Source of the DNA: Eubacteriales bacterium | Lineage (GTDB): Bacteria; Bacillota; Clostridia; Oscillospirales; CAG-382 | Assembly (NCBI GenBank): GCA_041672465.1 | Contig: JBAYZO010000001.1 | Coordinates: forward strand, 18,988 to 82,987 | Length of the DNA stretch: 64,000 nt | Reading direction: 5' to 3' | In this document: in pieces, positions 25,908 through 36,481 of the stretch | Position numbering within the stretch: the stretch's first letter is position 1 | How the letters are laid out: every line of letters begins with the position of its first letter | Program-made: the position numbers and the translations under genes | The notes under the pieces: model-generated | Database searches by the model: none | What the model was told of the DNA's origin: nothing | What the model saw: the letters and a program-made list of their open reading frames with translations, nothing else

Positions 25908-28007
25908 ATGAAAAACATAATAAAAATCGCGCTTGCCGGCAACCCGAACTCGGGAAAGACAACACTTTTTAATATACTTACCGGCTCCAATCAATCGGTG
26001 GGTAACTGGCCCGGCGTAACCGTTGAAAAAAAAGAAGGAATGCTGAAGGGCAATAAGGGCGTAATTATAACCGACCTGCCCGGTATCTACTCGCTCTCCC
26101 CCTACTCGCTTGAGGAAGTGGTGGCGAGAAACTATCTTGTCAACGAACGCCCGGACGCGATACTTAACGTTATCGACGGCACAAGCCTTGAGCGGAGCCT
26201 TTATCTCACAACCCAGCTTGTCGAGCTTGGCATCCCTGTCGTTATTGCCGTTAATATGTCAGATGTTATCAAGAAAAACGGCGATACAATAGATATTCCC
26301 GGGCTTGAGAGCGAACTGGGGGTTAAAATAGCCGAAATTTCCGCCCTTAAGGAAACGGGAATTGAAGACGCCGCGGAAAAAGCCATATCCGCCGCGAACG
26401 GCAAGAATTCTATCCCGCGCCACAGCTTCCGCGGGAGCGTGGAACACGCGCTGGCGCATATAGAAGAGGCCGCGCTCCACGATATGCCGCTTGAAAGACA
26501 GCGCTGGTACGCGATAAAACTGTTCGAGCGCGACACGCGGGTGTCCGATTTGCTAAACATCCCGCGAGATAAGCTGAGCCATATTGAAAGCGACATTTCC
26601 CGCTGTGAAAAAGAACTTGACGACGACGCCGAATCGATAATCATAAACGAGCGTTATTCCTATATCGAGTCCCTCCTCGAAAAATATTACATAAAAGCCA
26701 AAAAGGGCCCTTCAATTTCTGAAAAAATCGACCGCGTGGTGACAAACCGTTTCCTCGCGCTCCCGATTTTCGCGCTGGTCATGTTTATCGTTTACTATGT
26801 GTCGGTGACTACCGTCGGCACGCTTCTCACCGATTTCACAAGCGAAACGGTTTTCGGCGAATGGATTTCCCCGTTTTTGGAAAAAAGCCTGACTTCCGCC
26901 GGGGTTTCAAACTTTTTGGTGCTGCTCATCGTCGACGGGATTATCGGCGGCGTGGGCGCGGTGCTCAGCTTTGTGCCGCAGATGATGATTTTGTTTATGT
27001 TCCTCGCCTTTCTTGAATCCTGCGGATATATGTCAAGAATCGCGTTTATAATGGACAGAATATTCCGCCGGTTCGGGCTGTCGGGCAAGTCGTTTATCCC
27101 CATGCTGGTGGGTACCGGCTGCACGGTTCCGGGGATTATGGCGACAAGAACGATAGAAAACCTCCGCGACAGGCGAATGACTATCATGACCACTCCGTTT
27201 ATGCCCTGCGGCGCGAAACTTCCCGTTATCGCGCTTATCGCCGGCGCCATGTTCGGCGGCGCGTGGTGGCTCGCCCCCTCCGCTTATTTTTTGGGGTTGT
27301 TAATTGTTGGGATTTCGGGTATAATATTAAAAAAGACAAAAATGTTTGAGGGTGAGCCCGCGGCGTTTGTGCTTGAGCTCCCCGATTACCGCTTGCCCTC
27401 GGTCTCAAATATCCTGCGGTCTATGTGGGAGAGAAGTTTTTCTTTCATAAAAAAAGCGGGCTCGGTTATACTTATCGCCTCGGTCGGGATATGGTTTTTA
27501 TCACAGTTCGGCTTTGAGAAAGGGACTTTCGGGCTTGTGTCAATGGAAGACTCGCTTCTCGCCTCGCTCGGCGGCGGACTGGCGAAGGTCTTTGCCCCGC
27601 TCGGTTGGGGTGATTGGAAAGCCTCGGTCGCCACTCTCAACGGACTTGTGGCAAAAGAAAATATCGTCTCAACCTTCGGGGTGCTGTACGGCGAGGATTA
27701 CAAAACCGCACTTATCGCGGCATACACGCCGCTTTCGGCCTTTTCGTTTTTGGTGTTTAACCTGCTTTGCGCCCCCTGCGTGGCGGCAATCGGCGCCACA
27801 AGGCGGGAGATGAGCGATTGGAAATGGACGCTGTTCGCCGTCTCGTATCAGACCGCGATCGCGTACTCGGTTTCGCTTTTAGTCTATCAATACGGTATGT
27901 TTTTCGCCGGGGAAACAAACAAATACGGCTTTATCGCCGCCGTTGTTCTGAGCGTTATATTTTTGTATATGCTGCTCCGCCCCGGCAAGAGAAAGGTGGT
28001 ATTATAA
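25908..28007 (+). CDS. feoB: Ferrous iron transporter FeoB
   Basis: 699 aa. The N-terminal G-domain has GNPNSGKTTLFN and DLPGIYSL, followed by a polytopic permease domain. Confidence 0.95.
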   Translation: MKNIIKIALAGNPNSGKTTLFNILTGSNQSVGNWPGVTVEKKEGMLKGNKGVIITDLPGIYSLSPYSLEEVVARNYLVNERPDAILNVIDGTSLERSLYLTTQLVELGIPVVIAVNMSDVIKKNGDTIDIPGLESELGVKIAEISALKETGIEDAAEKAISAANGKNSIPRHSFRGSVEHALAHIEEAALHDMPLERQRWYAIKLFERDTRVSDLLNIPRDKLSHIESDISRCEKELDDDAESIIINERYSYIESLLEKYYIKAKKGPSISEKIDRVVTNRFLALPIFALVMFIVYYVSVTTVGTLLTDFTSETVFGEWISPFLEKSLTSAGVSNFLVLLIVDGIIGGVGAVLSFVPQMMILFMFLAFLESCGYMSRIAFIMDRIFRRFGLSGKSFIPMLVGTGCTVPGIMATRTIENLRDRRMTIMTTPFMPCGAKLPVIALIAGAMFGGAWWLAPSAYFLGLLIVGISGIILKKTKMFEGEPAAFVLELPDYRLPSVSNILRSMWERSFSFIKKAGSVILIASVGIWFLSQFGFEKGTFGLVSMEDSLLASLGGGLAKVFAPLGWGDWKASVATLNGLVAKENIVSTFGVLYGEDYKTALIAAYTPLSAFSFLVFNLLCAPCVAAIGATRREMSDWKWTLFAVSYQTAIAYSVSLLVYQYGMFFAGETNKYGFIAAVVLSVIFLYMLLRPGKRKVVL

Positions 28008-28141
28008 TGTTACCTACGATAATAGTTTCGGTCGCTGTTGCCGGCGTGGTCGGCGCGTCCGCTTATTTCACTTTTCGGGGCCGCAAGGGCGGCTGTTCTT
28101 CCTGCGGGAACTGCCCTTACGCCGGGAAATGCGATAAATAA
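28007..28141 (+). CDS. FeoB-associated Cys-rich small membrane protein
   Basis: 44 aa: MLPTIIVSVAVAGVVGASAYFTFRGRKGGCSSCGNCPYAGKCDK, one TM helix plus a CxxCxxC...C tail. Its ATG overlaps the feoB stop (TAATG). It is hidden inside a longer out-of-context track ORF (27767..28141). Confidence 0.8.
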   Translation: MLPTIIVSVAVAGVVGASAYFTFRGRKGGCSSCGNCPYAGKCDK

Positions 28142-28272
28142 TTTTTATCTTTAAAAAAACTTGGCATTCTCGCGGGCGGCGGCTCTAAAAGGCCGTCTTT
28201 TCGCGTTGCCGAGCGCAAAGTATTTTTTTAGTATATTCATTAACAAAACCTAATACAAAAGGAGGAAGAGGA

Positions 28273-28788
28273 GTGTTTTGTAAAGGAGATAACGTCGTTT
28301 ACGGCTCAAGCGGTATCTGCACCGTGATAGACGTTTGCCCTTCCCCGTTTGGCAAGGGGGATTTAAGGGACTACTACGCCCTGCGCCCGCACAGCGACAA
28401 TGAGGCTGTCATCTATACTCCCGCCAAAGGCGGAAGAGTTCCGCTGCGGGCGATTTCCAGCCGGGAAGAAGTTGAAAGATTTATAGACGGTATAAATAAA
28501 CTGCCTAATATTGTCGTCCCCGGTGAAAAGCGGAGGCGCGACGCCTATAAGGAAGTCATGTCAAAAGCGTCGCTCGAGGGCTACGCGAGGATAATTAAAA
28601 CGGTGGCCCAGCGGCGCAAGGTCGCCAAAGACGCCAGACGGCAGCTCGCTCTCACCGATACCGAATACGAGCGTTCCGCGAAAAGCTGTCTGTACAATGA
28701 GATTTCAATGGTGCTTGATATCCCCTTTGACAAAGTCGAGTGTTATATCAAGCAAAATTCCTGCGGAGCGAAAGCGGGGCAAAATTAA
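28273..28788 (+). CDS. CarD/CdnL-family RNA-polymerase-binding regulator-like protein
   Basis: 171 aa. N-terminal Tudor-like CarD_TRCF motif FCKGDNVVYGSSGICTVIDV. GTG start after AAGGAGGAAGAGGA. Confidence 0.65.
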   Translation: MFCKGDNVVYGSSGICTVIDVCPSPFGKGDLRDYYALRPHSDNEAVIYTPAKGGRVPLRAISSREEVERFIDGINKLPNIVVPGEKRRRDAYKEVMSKASLEGYARIIKTVAQRRKVAKDARRQLALTDTEYERSAKSCLYNEISMVLDIPFDKVECYIKQNSCGAKAGQN

Positions 28789-28814
28789 AAACTAAAAAAT
28801 TTAATTGCGCCGTT

Positions 28815-29498
28815 CTACGGCAGGGTTATTGATTTACGAATAGCGGTGATATTTTCTTTTATTTTTAAACTATCGCCCCCCCCGGCAAAGACAAAGCTCC
28901 CCGCCACGATTACGTCCGCGCCGGCAAGAGCTACCTCACGGGAAGTGAGGGGGTTTATGCCGCCGTCGACAGAGAGCAGCGCGGACGGATTTGTTTTTTT
29001 TATGTGTTCGCTTATTGCTTTGATTTTACCTAACATTTCCGGCATAAAGCTTTGCCCGCCAAACCCCGGCTCGACGGTCATTACGAGAATTAAATCGCAA
29101 AGCGGGACAAGCTCAAGAATTTCCTCGGCGCTTGTGTCGGGTTTAAGAGAAATCCCCGCGCCCTTTCCCTTTGCCCTTATTTCTCTCAGCAGCCCCGCCG
29201 GGCAATTAGCCGCCTCGGCGTGGAAAGTTATGTAATCGCTCCCCGCGCTAATAAAATCGTCTATATACCGCTCGGGGGAATTTATCATCAAATGGGTGTC
29301 AAAAATCAATTTTGACGCCTTTCTTATTGACTTTATTACCGGCGCCCCAAAAGTTATGTTAGGCACAAAACAGCCGTCCATAACGTCAAGGTGAAGCCAC
29401 TCGGCGCCCGCGTTTTCGATTGCCGCGACGTTTTCGCCAAGGCGGGAAAAATCCCCGGACAAAATCGAGGGCGACAAAATAATGGATTTTTCTTTCAT
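28815..29498 (-). CDS. rpe: Ribulose-phosphate 3-epimerase
   Basis: MKEKSIILSPSILSGDFSRLGE..., HLDVMDGCFVPNITFG, VEPGFGGQSF and DGGIN match Rpe. The start is set at the internal ATG at 29498. The 41 extra N-terminal codons in the track ORF have no Rpe counterpart. Confidence 0.9.
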   Translation of the reverse strand: MKEKSIILSPSILSGDFSRLGENVAAIENAGAEWLHLDVMDGCFVPNITFGAPVIKSIRKASKLIFDTHLMINSPERYIDDFISAGSDYITFHAEAANCPAGLLREIRAKGKGAGISLKPDTSAEEILELVPLCDLILVMTVEPGFGGQSFMPEMLGKIKAISEHIKKTNPSALLSVDGGINPLTSREVALAGADVIVAGSFVFAGGGDSLKIKENITAIRKSITLP

Positions 29499-29725
29499 AA
29501 TTGTTTCCTTTCGGCAGGTATTTACATAAACTGTAATAATAAGACGCGCAAAACTTTTGGTTTTTTTGAAAAACCCGCGGAGGGGCGGCGGCGGGAAGTT
29601 TAAAAGAACGGATCTAAACATTTTTTCGCCGTTCCTCCGCGTTTATATATTTGCTTTTATAAAAAAGTTTTTACAAGCATATGATATACGTTTCCTGAAT
29701 TATTGTCAAATAATAATTGCACGCG

Positions 29726-29998
29726 TCAGAAGATATGCACAAACCCGGCCTTTTCGCCGGCGGCAAGACCTCTGAAAACCGTTTCCAGCCTTTTTTTCGC
29801 CGACAAAAACTTGTCGTATGAGCCCGAACAAAAAGCGGCGTCAATATCCGCGACCGCCTCGTTCGCGCTCTCAAGCTCGAACATATGAAGTGAAAATGAC
29901 AAAAACCCCTGCCATGAATACCATTTGTCAACAAAATTTTGAATGTCTCCCTCATAGCTCTCAAACTCTTCTTTTGTCTCGGGGAGCGCCCTTGTCAT
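29726..29998 (-). CDS. Hypothetical protein (90 aa, or 124 aa with a membrane anchor if translation starts at a non-canonical codon)
   Basis: ATG 29998 has a strong AGGGAGG RBS 8 nt upstream. I recognise no family. See findings for the in-frame upstream TM-like segment. Confidence 0.45.
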   Translation of the reverse strand: MTRALPETKEEFESYEGDIQNFVDKWYSWQGFLSFSLHMFELESANEAVADIDAAFCSGSYDKFLSAKKRLETVFRGLAAGEKAGFVHIF

Positions 29999-30096
29999 AT
30001 CAATCGCCTCCCTAATGGTTTTTCTGACATAAAAACCGTTGACGCAAACAGCGGCGACGACGGTCGCGAGCAGTAAGACCGCTATAATAAAGTGTT

Positions 30097-30786
30097 TTAT
30101 TTGGGTTCACCTTCTTTTTTTATAAGCTTCGCTCTGCCGTTCTCGTCAAAAGTCAGCGCTACGCATTTCTTTTTGGGTATGCCGCCCCGCCTTAGCTCTT
30201 TTTCAATATCGCCTTTTGTCTTTTCCGCTTGACTCATAAAGCTTTTTATTTCAACCCCCTCTATGACGACAGGCATGTCAAGGCCGATCTCGCCCACCTT
30301 GACCCCCGCGTCCTTGGGGGTGAGCGGGGAGACTTCCGCCTTGGGGAGCACCGAAATTTTACCTGTCTGCTCAAGAATAACATAATAAACGTCGTCGATA
30401 GCCTTATACCCCTGCGCCCGGATAACCGACATCACCTCGTCAAACGTGACCCGCGCCTTGTCAAGCCCTTTTTCAATGACCCTGCCTTTCGCGACAAGCA
30501 CGATAGGCTCTCCGTAAAGGGTTTTTCTAAGCCGGGGGATCTTGCGGCACAAAAACGCCGTTATAACCTCAAGACAGCCCAAAGTAATAACCGCTATAAT
30601 CCCGTGGAACAGCGGAATATCCCTGTCGGTGATGGGGAGAGCGGCGAGCTCGGACAGCATGACGGCGGCGACGAATTCCGAAAGCTGAATTTCCCCTATC
30701 TGCCTTTTTCCCATAAGACGCATTATCGCGGCGAGAACGATATAAAATATTACCGTGCGAAGAAAAATTACCGTCAACCAAAGCAC
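30097..30786 (-). CDS. DUF421 (YetF/YdfS-like) membrane protein
   Basis: 229 aa. N-terminal TM region with MGKRQIGEIQLSEFVAAVMLSELAA, characteristic of DUF421, and a soluble C-terminal domain. GTG start. Confidence 0.7.
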   Translation of the reverse strand: MLWLTVIFLRTVIFYIVLAAIMRLMGKRQIGEIQLSEFVAAVMLSELAALPITDRDIPLFHGIIAVITLGCLEVITAFLCRKIPRLRKTLYGEPIVLVAKGRVIEKGLDKARVTFDEVMSVIRAQGYKAIDDVYYVILEQTGKISVLPKAEVSPLTPKDAGVKVGEIGLDMPVVIEGVEIKSFMSQAEKTKGDIEKELRRGGIPKKKCVALTFDENGRAKLIKKEGEPK

Positions 30787-30877
30787 CTCGATTACATATT
30801 ACATATTATATATTATCTATTGAATTAGATATAATACGCGTTACATACTGATTATATATAATTTGCCCGTAACCGTT

Positions 30878-30921
30878 AAAAAAATACCCCTATGGCTGAA
30901 CATCCGAACATGCCAAAGGGG
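30878..30921 (-). terminator. Terminator of the atp operon
   Basis: On the minus strand, CCCCTTTGGC...GCCATAGGGG (10-bp stem with one mismatch) is followed by TATTTTTTT. Confidence 0.6.
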
Positions 30922-30933
30922 TTTTATTTGCTT

Positions 30934-32569
<1,636 letters not shown>

Positions 32570-32591
32570 TTATGCCGCCCTCCTTCCGTTT

Positions 32592-33479
32592 TTAAGTTTT
32601 ATCGTTATAATTATCATTATCATCGTAATAATCACTGTTTATCTCGTCTTTAGGCTTATTTATAAGCTCGTTTGAGCTTGCTGTTTCAATAACGCCGGAC
32701 GTCACCTGCCACTGACGGCGCCGGCTGAGCCGCAAGTCAAGCTCAAGCTTTAACTCCCTTGCGGAATCGGACGCGTTCCGCATCGCCATCATGGTGGCTG
32801 CCTGCGCTCCCGACGCCCATTCGAGTAAAAACGAATAGGCTTTATTTTTTAAGCAGTTCGCGTAAAGGCTTTTTTCAGCCGTCTCCCTGTCCGGGTAATA
32901 CACTCCGGCGTCGGGGTTTTTCGCCTTTTCATCGGTCTTTACCGGCAGAAAAACTTCTTTCGACGGGATTTGGCTGAGCAGGTTTTTATATTTTTGAAAG
33001 ACAAAAATAACCTCGTCCGCGCCGCCGCTCTCGTAAAGCTCGGTGAGATATTCCCCCAAACGCGACCCCTCCGAATATTCGGGAACGTCGGCGAAAATAA
33101 ACTGCTTTTCAATTTTTATGTGGTGTTTATTTCGGAAGTAGGTTTCCCCCCATCTCCCGCACACCACGATAATCGGGTTTGCCTCGTCTTTTATAACGCC
33201 CTCAAAATAAGCGGCAAGGGTTGTGTTATACCCCCCGCACAAGCCCCGGTTCCCGGTGAGGAGAACAAAGCACTTCCGCCCCGCGGGGATTTTTTCGCCG
33301 AAAGGGCTTGTCACCGACCCCAACATTTCGTAGCTCTTGCCGGCGTAGACCTCAAACGCCTTGTAAAGCCTTGAAACCCGGTAATATCTCGCGGTGGAGA
33401 TTGATTTTATGGCGTCGGCAAGCTGCCAAGTGGTCTTTATGCTTTTTATATGGTTTTTCAACTCGCGCATTGACGGCAT
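32592..33479 (-). CDS. atpG: F1 ATP synthase gamma subunit (with an Asp/Asn/Tyr-rich C-terminal tail)
   Basis: 295 aa. N-terminal helix MRELKNHIKSIKTTWQLADAIKSIS, then LLTGNRGLCGGYN, then a C-terminal helix. It carries an unusual tail, NKPKDEINSDYYDDNDNYNDKT. Confidence 0.9.
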   Translation of the reverse strand: MPSMRELKNHIKSIKTTWQLADAIKSISTARYYRVSRLYKAFEVYAGKSYEMLGSVTSPFGEKIPAGRKCFVLLTGNRGLCGGYNTTLAAYFEGVIKDEANPIIVVCGRWGETYFRNKHHIKIEKQFIFADVPEYSEGSRLGEYLTELYESGGADEVIFVFQKYKNLLSQIPSKEVFLPVKTDEKAKNPDAGVYYPDRETAEKSLYANCLKNKAYSFLLEWASGAQAATMMAMRNASDSARELKLELDLRLSRRRQWQVTSGVIETASSNELINKPKDEINSDYYDDNDNYNDKT

Positions 33480-35753
33480 TTAATACGCCTCCGAAAAAAC
33501 CTTTAGGGCTTGTCTTATTTTTTCCATATCACCGTCGGTGGGTTTTCGCGGCGAGCCGATAATTTTGAGGAGTTCCGGGTGGTCTTTTTCAAAGTGCTCA
33601 AAGAGCAGCGACTCAAACCTCACCATTTCGTCCGGCGGCACTCCCTCGGCGTAGCCCTCGGTGACCGCGCAGATGATAAGCGCCTCTTTGTCGTCTGATA
33701 TCGGCGCGAACCTCGGCTGATTGAGCGACGCCATAATGCGCGAGCCCGAATCCAGCACCTTTCGGGTGTGCTCGTCTATTTCCGTGCCGAACTGGGCGAA
33801 AGCCTCAAGCTCCCTGTACTGGGCGAGGTTCATTCGCAGGGCGGAAACGGTCTTGCGCATAAACGGCCTTTGCACCGCGCCCCCCACACGGGAGACGGAA
33901 AGCCCCACGTTTATCGCCGGGCGCTGACCGGCGTTAAACAGTTCGGTTTCCAAAAATATCTGCCCGTCGGTGATTGAGATAACGTTTGTGGGAATGTACG
34001 CCGATATATCCCCCGCTTGAGTCTCTATAATCGGGAGCGCGGTCATGCTTCCGCCGCCATTTTCATCGGAAAGCCGCGCGGAGCGCTCGAGAAGTCTTGA
34101 GTGGAGGTAGAAAACGTCGCCGGGGTAGGCCTCTCTCCCCGACGGGCGGTGGAGGAGGAGCGAGAGCTCGCGGTACGCCACGGCGTGCTTTGAAAGATCG
34201 TCGTAAACTATAAGCACATCTTTGCCCTTATACATAAAATACTCGCCCATCGCCGTTCCGGAAAACGGCGCTATATACTGCATGGACGCCGACGAGTAAG
34301 CGTCGGCGCAGACGATTACCGTATACTCCATGGCGCCGTACTTTTTAAGCTTTGATAAAATTTCGGCGACGGTGATTTCTTTCTGCCCCACCGCCACATA
34401 TATGCAGATTACGCCTTTATCCTTTTGGTTTATTATGGCGTCAATGGCTATAGAGGTTTTACCCGTCTGCCTGTCGCCGATAATAAGCTCTCTCTGCCCC
34501 CGCCCGATGGGAACGAGCGCGTCGATAGCCTTTATGCCCGTGTGGAGAGGAACCGTAACCGAGCGGCGGTCGAGGATTGCCGGGGCGCGGAACTCTATCT
34601 GGTTAAACTCATTGGCGCGGATAGTTCCAAAGCCGTCTATCGGCGCGCCGAGGGGGTTTACAACCCTGCCGAGAAGATTATCCCCCACGGGGACCGACGC
34701 CATATGCCCGGCGCGGCGGACCAAATCCCCCGCCTCTATATGTTCGTATCTCCCGAACACCACGCAGCCGACCCTGTCCGTAGCAATGTCAAGAATCATT
34801 CCCAGCTCGCCGGCGGAAATAAACTCGACAACCTCCCCGTACATAATGTCGGCCAGCCCGTTAAGCCAGCAGATACCGTCTGAAATGGAAATAACCCGCC
34901 CTAACTGATAGATTCCGATTTCCATTTTTGAATCCTTGACGCTCCGCACCAAAGTGTCGGCAAAGCCCTTGGCGGTAAAGTCCGAAACTGCGGTGCCTTT
35001 GCCTATCCTTTTTGTCATTCGGTAGAGGAGATCGGAAATCGTCCCGTCATAAACCGTGTCCCCGACGCTCAGCTTTAGCCCGCCCACGAGCTCAGAATCA
35101 GTTTTATAAACAAAATCGCTCTCGCCCCCCGCTTTTTTTGCGCGGGAGCTGACTTCGGAGCGGATTTTTTCCACAATTTCGTCCTCAAGGGCAAAAGTTG
35201 AGGTCAAAACAACCTTAAGCGGCTTTTTTTGGGATATATACACCCTGTTGCCGGATGTGACCGAAACGACGGCCAGCAGCGAATCGGCAATTTCCCCCTC
35301 TTTTTTTCGGAACAGGCTGACATACGGCGGTTTTGACATAATGCCGAGCGCCATTTCCTTTGCGCGGGTTATGGCGTTTTTCCTCACTGTCTCAAACATA
35401 TCCGCCCGAAGCCCCAAACAAAGGCTGTCGTTTTCCCGCCTCAGCGTCTCTTTTTCTCTCTCGTTTGACGAATATATTTCGCTTACCTTTTCGGCGGCGT
35501 GAAGTGTGTATTCCTCTTTTATGGATCTTATTCTGTCCTCGGCCTCTTTTTCCTCAGACTCCATTATGCGCTCGGTTTTTTCGGCTATGAGAATCGCCTC
35601 CGCCGAATCGTCAAGCTCTTTATTTATTTTCTTCCGCCTTTCCCTAAAAGCGCGAAGCAAAAACCCTTTTTCAAACCCCAGCAGTTTTCTCAACAGAAAA
35701 TAAACGACAGGGATAAGAATAAGCAGGTTTATAACCGAGTACAAAATCTTCAT
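33480..35753 (-). CDS. atpA: Fusion protein: Fo b'-like stalk (TM + coiled coil), delta/OSCP C-terminal domain and complete F1 alpha subunit
   Basis: Uninterrupted 757-aa ORF. aa 1-120: a TM helix plus charged coiled coil, b-like. aa ~150-250 ends in ELVGGLKLSVGDTVYDGTISDLLYRM, the delta signature. aa ~255-757 is alpha (GDRQTGKTSIAIDAIINQ; YDDLSKHAVAYRELSLLL). No separate atpH gene is present. Confidence 0.8.
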   Translation of the reverse strand: MKILYSVINLLILIPVVYFLLRKLLGFEKGFLLRAFRERRKKINKELDDSAEAILIAEKTERIMESEEKEAEDRIRSIKEEYTLHAAEKVSEIYSSNEREKETLRRENDSLCLGLRADMFETVRKNAITRAKEMALGIMSKPPYVSLFRKKEGEIADSLLAVVSVTSGNRVYISQKKPLKVVLTSTFALEDEIVEKIRSEVSSRAKKAGGESDFVYKTDSELVGGLKLSVGDTVYDGTISDLLYRMTKRIGKGTAVSDFTAKGFADTLVRSVKDSKMEIGIYQLGRVISISDGICWLNGLADIMYGEVVEFISAGELGMILDIATDRVGCVVFGRYEHIEAGDLVRRAGHMASVPVGDNLLGRVVNPLGAPIDGFGTIRANEFNQIEFRAPAILDRRSVTVPLHTGIKAIDALVPIGRGQRELIIGDRQTGKTSIAIDAIINQKDKGVICIYVAVGQKEITVAEILSKLKKYGAMEYTVIVCADAYSSASMQYIAPFSGTAMGEYFMYKGKDVLIVYDDLSKHAVAYRELSLLLHRPSGREAYPGDVFYLHSRLLERSARLSDENGGGSMTALPIIETQAGDISAYIPTNVISITDGQIFLETELFNAGQRPAINVGLSVSRVGGAVQRPFMRKTVSALRMNLAQYRELEAFAQFGTEIDEHTRKVLDSGSRIMASLNQPRFAPISDDKEALIICAVTEGYAEGVPPDEMVRFESLLFEHFEKDHPELLKIIGSPRKPTDGDMEKIRQALKVFSEAY

Positions 35754-35770
35754 TTCGTAATTTTAACCTC

Positions 35771-36196
35771 TTAATAATCCTTGGATACAAGGCGGTCGGC
35801 AAGCGCCGCGGCAAACTCGTGCAAATAACCCTCAAGGTCGCCTTCCATTTTTTCCCGCTCTTTTTCGAGGGCTTTTTTAATTTGTTCTATCCGAATATCT
35901 TCGCCTTCCTCAAAACGCTTTTTATCGGCAAGGATTTCGGCGTCCGCCTTTTCAACGGTCGCCCGGAAAGCGTCGCTCTCGCTTTTGCGCGACAAATCTA
36001 TCCGCTCTGAAATAAGGCGGTTTTGCTCCTCAAGCTTTTCGGCGGAATTTGTCTTTATCGCTACGCTGCGGTTTATTTTCCGTCGGCGTTCGTGAATGTT
36101 TTTAAGCGTCGGCTTAAACAGCAAAAAGTGGAGCACCGCCATAAGAACACAAAAGTTGATTATGGTAAAAACAATTGTGGAAAGTTCAATAGACAT
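35771..36196 (-). CDS. atpF: Fo ATP synthase b subunit
   Basis: 141 aa. N-terminal TM helix (TIVFTIINFCVLMAVLHFLLFKP) followed by a long charged helix. Confidence 0.85.
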   Translation of the reverse strand: MSIELSTIVFTIINFCVLMAVLHFLLFKPTLKNIHERRRKINRSVAIKTNSAEKLEEQNRLISERIDLSRKSESDAFRATVEKADAEILADKKRFEEGEDIRIEQIKKALEKEREKMEGDLEGYLHEFAAALADRLVSKDY

Positions 36197-36205
36197 GGCT
36201 TGCCC

Positions 36206-36433
36206 CTAAATTTTCGCCATTAGCATAAAAGCTATGAGAAGCCCGTAGATTGTAAGCGCTTCCATAAGCGCGAGCGCTATTATAAGGGTTGTTCTTATAT
36301 CTTTTCTTATATCGGGCTGACGCGCTATCGCGTCCATTGCGGCCTTGGCGGCAAGCCCCTGCCCTATTGCCGGGCCTAAAGTTGAAAAGGCGATACATAT
36401 CGCGGCCGCGAAGGCGATTAGTTCTTGGTTCAT
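36206..36433 (-). CDS. atpE: Fo ATP synthase c subunit
   Basis: 75-aa hairpin with the loop ARQPD. The helix-2 carboxylate motif is LMEALTIYGL, the same as in chloroplast/cyanobacterial H+-type c subunits. Confidence 0.95.
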   Translation of the reverse strand: MNQELIAFAAAICIAFSTLGPAIGQGLAAKAAMDAIARQPDIRKDIRTTLIIALALMEALTIYGLLIAFMLMAKI

Positions 36434-36453
36434 TTTTTTAGCTCCTTAAAATT

Positions 36454-36481
36454 ATTATGTCTTATGTTTTATGTCTTTAGT
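36454..36481. repeat. Heptad-periodic repeat ATTATGT-CTTATGT-TTTATGT-CTTTAGT in the atpB-atpE spacer
   Basis: Read directly from the sequence. It shares the 15-mer TTATGTCTTATGTTT with the repeat at 62802..62843. Confidence 0.85.

Noticed and set aside
36206-36433. Na+ specificity of the ATP synthase c subunit.
   Set aside because: The helix-1 Gln is present, but the Ser/Thr immediately after the carboxylate (the ES/T motif of Na+-binding c rings) is absent. The motif MEALTIYGL matches H+-type chloroplast/cyanobacterial c subunits, so there is no basis for claiming Na+ coupling.
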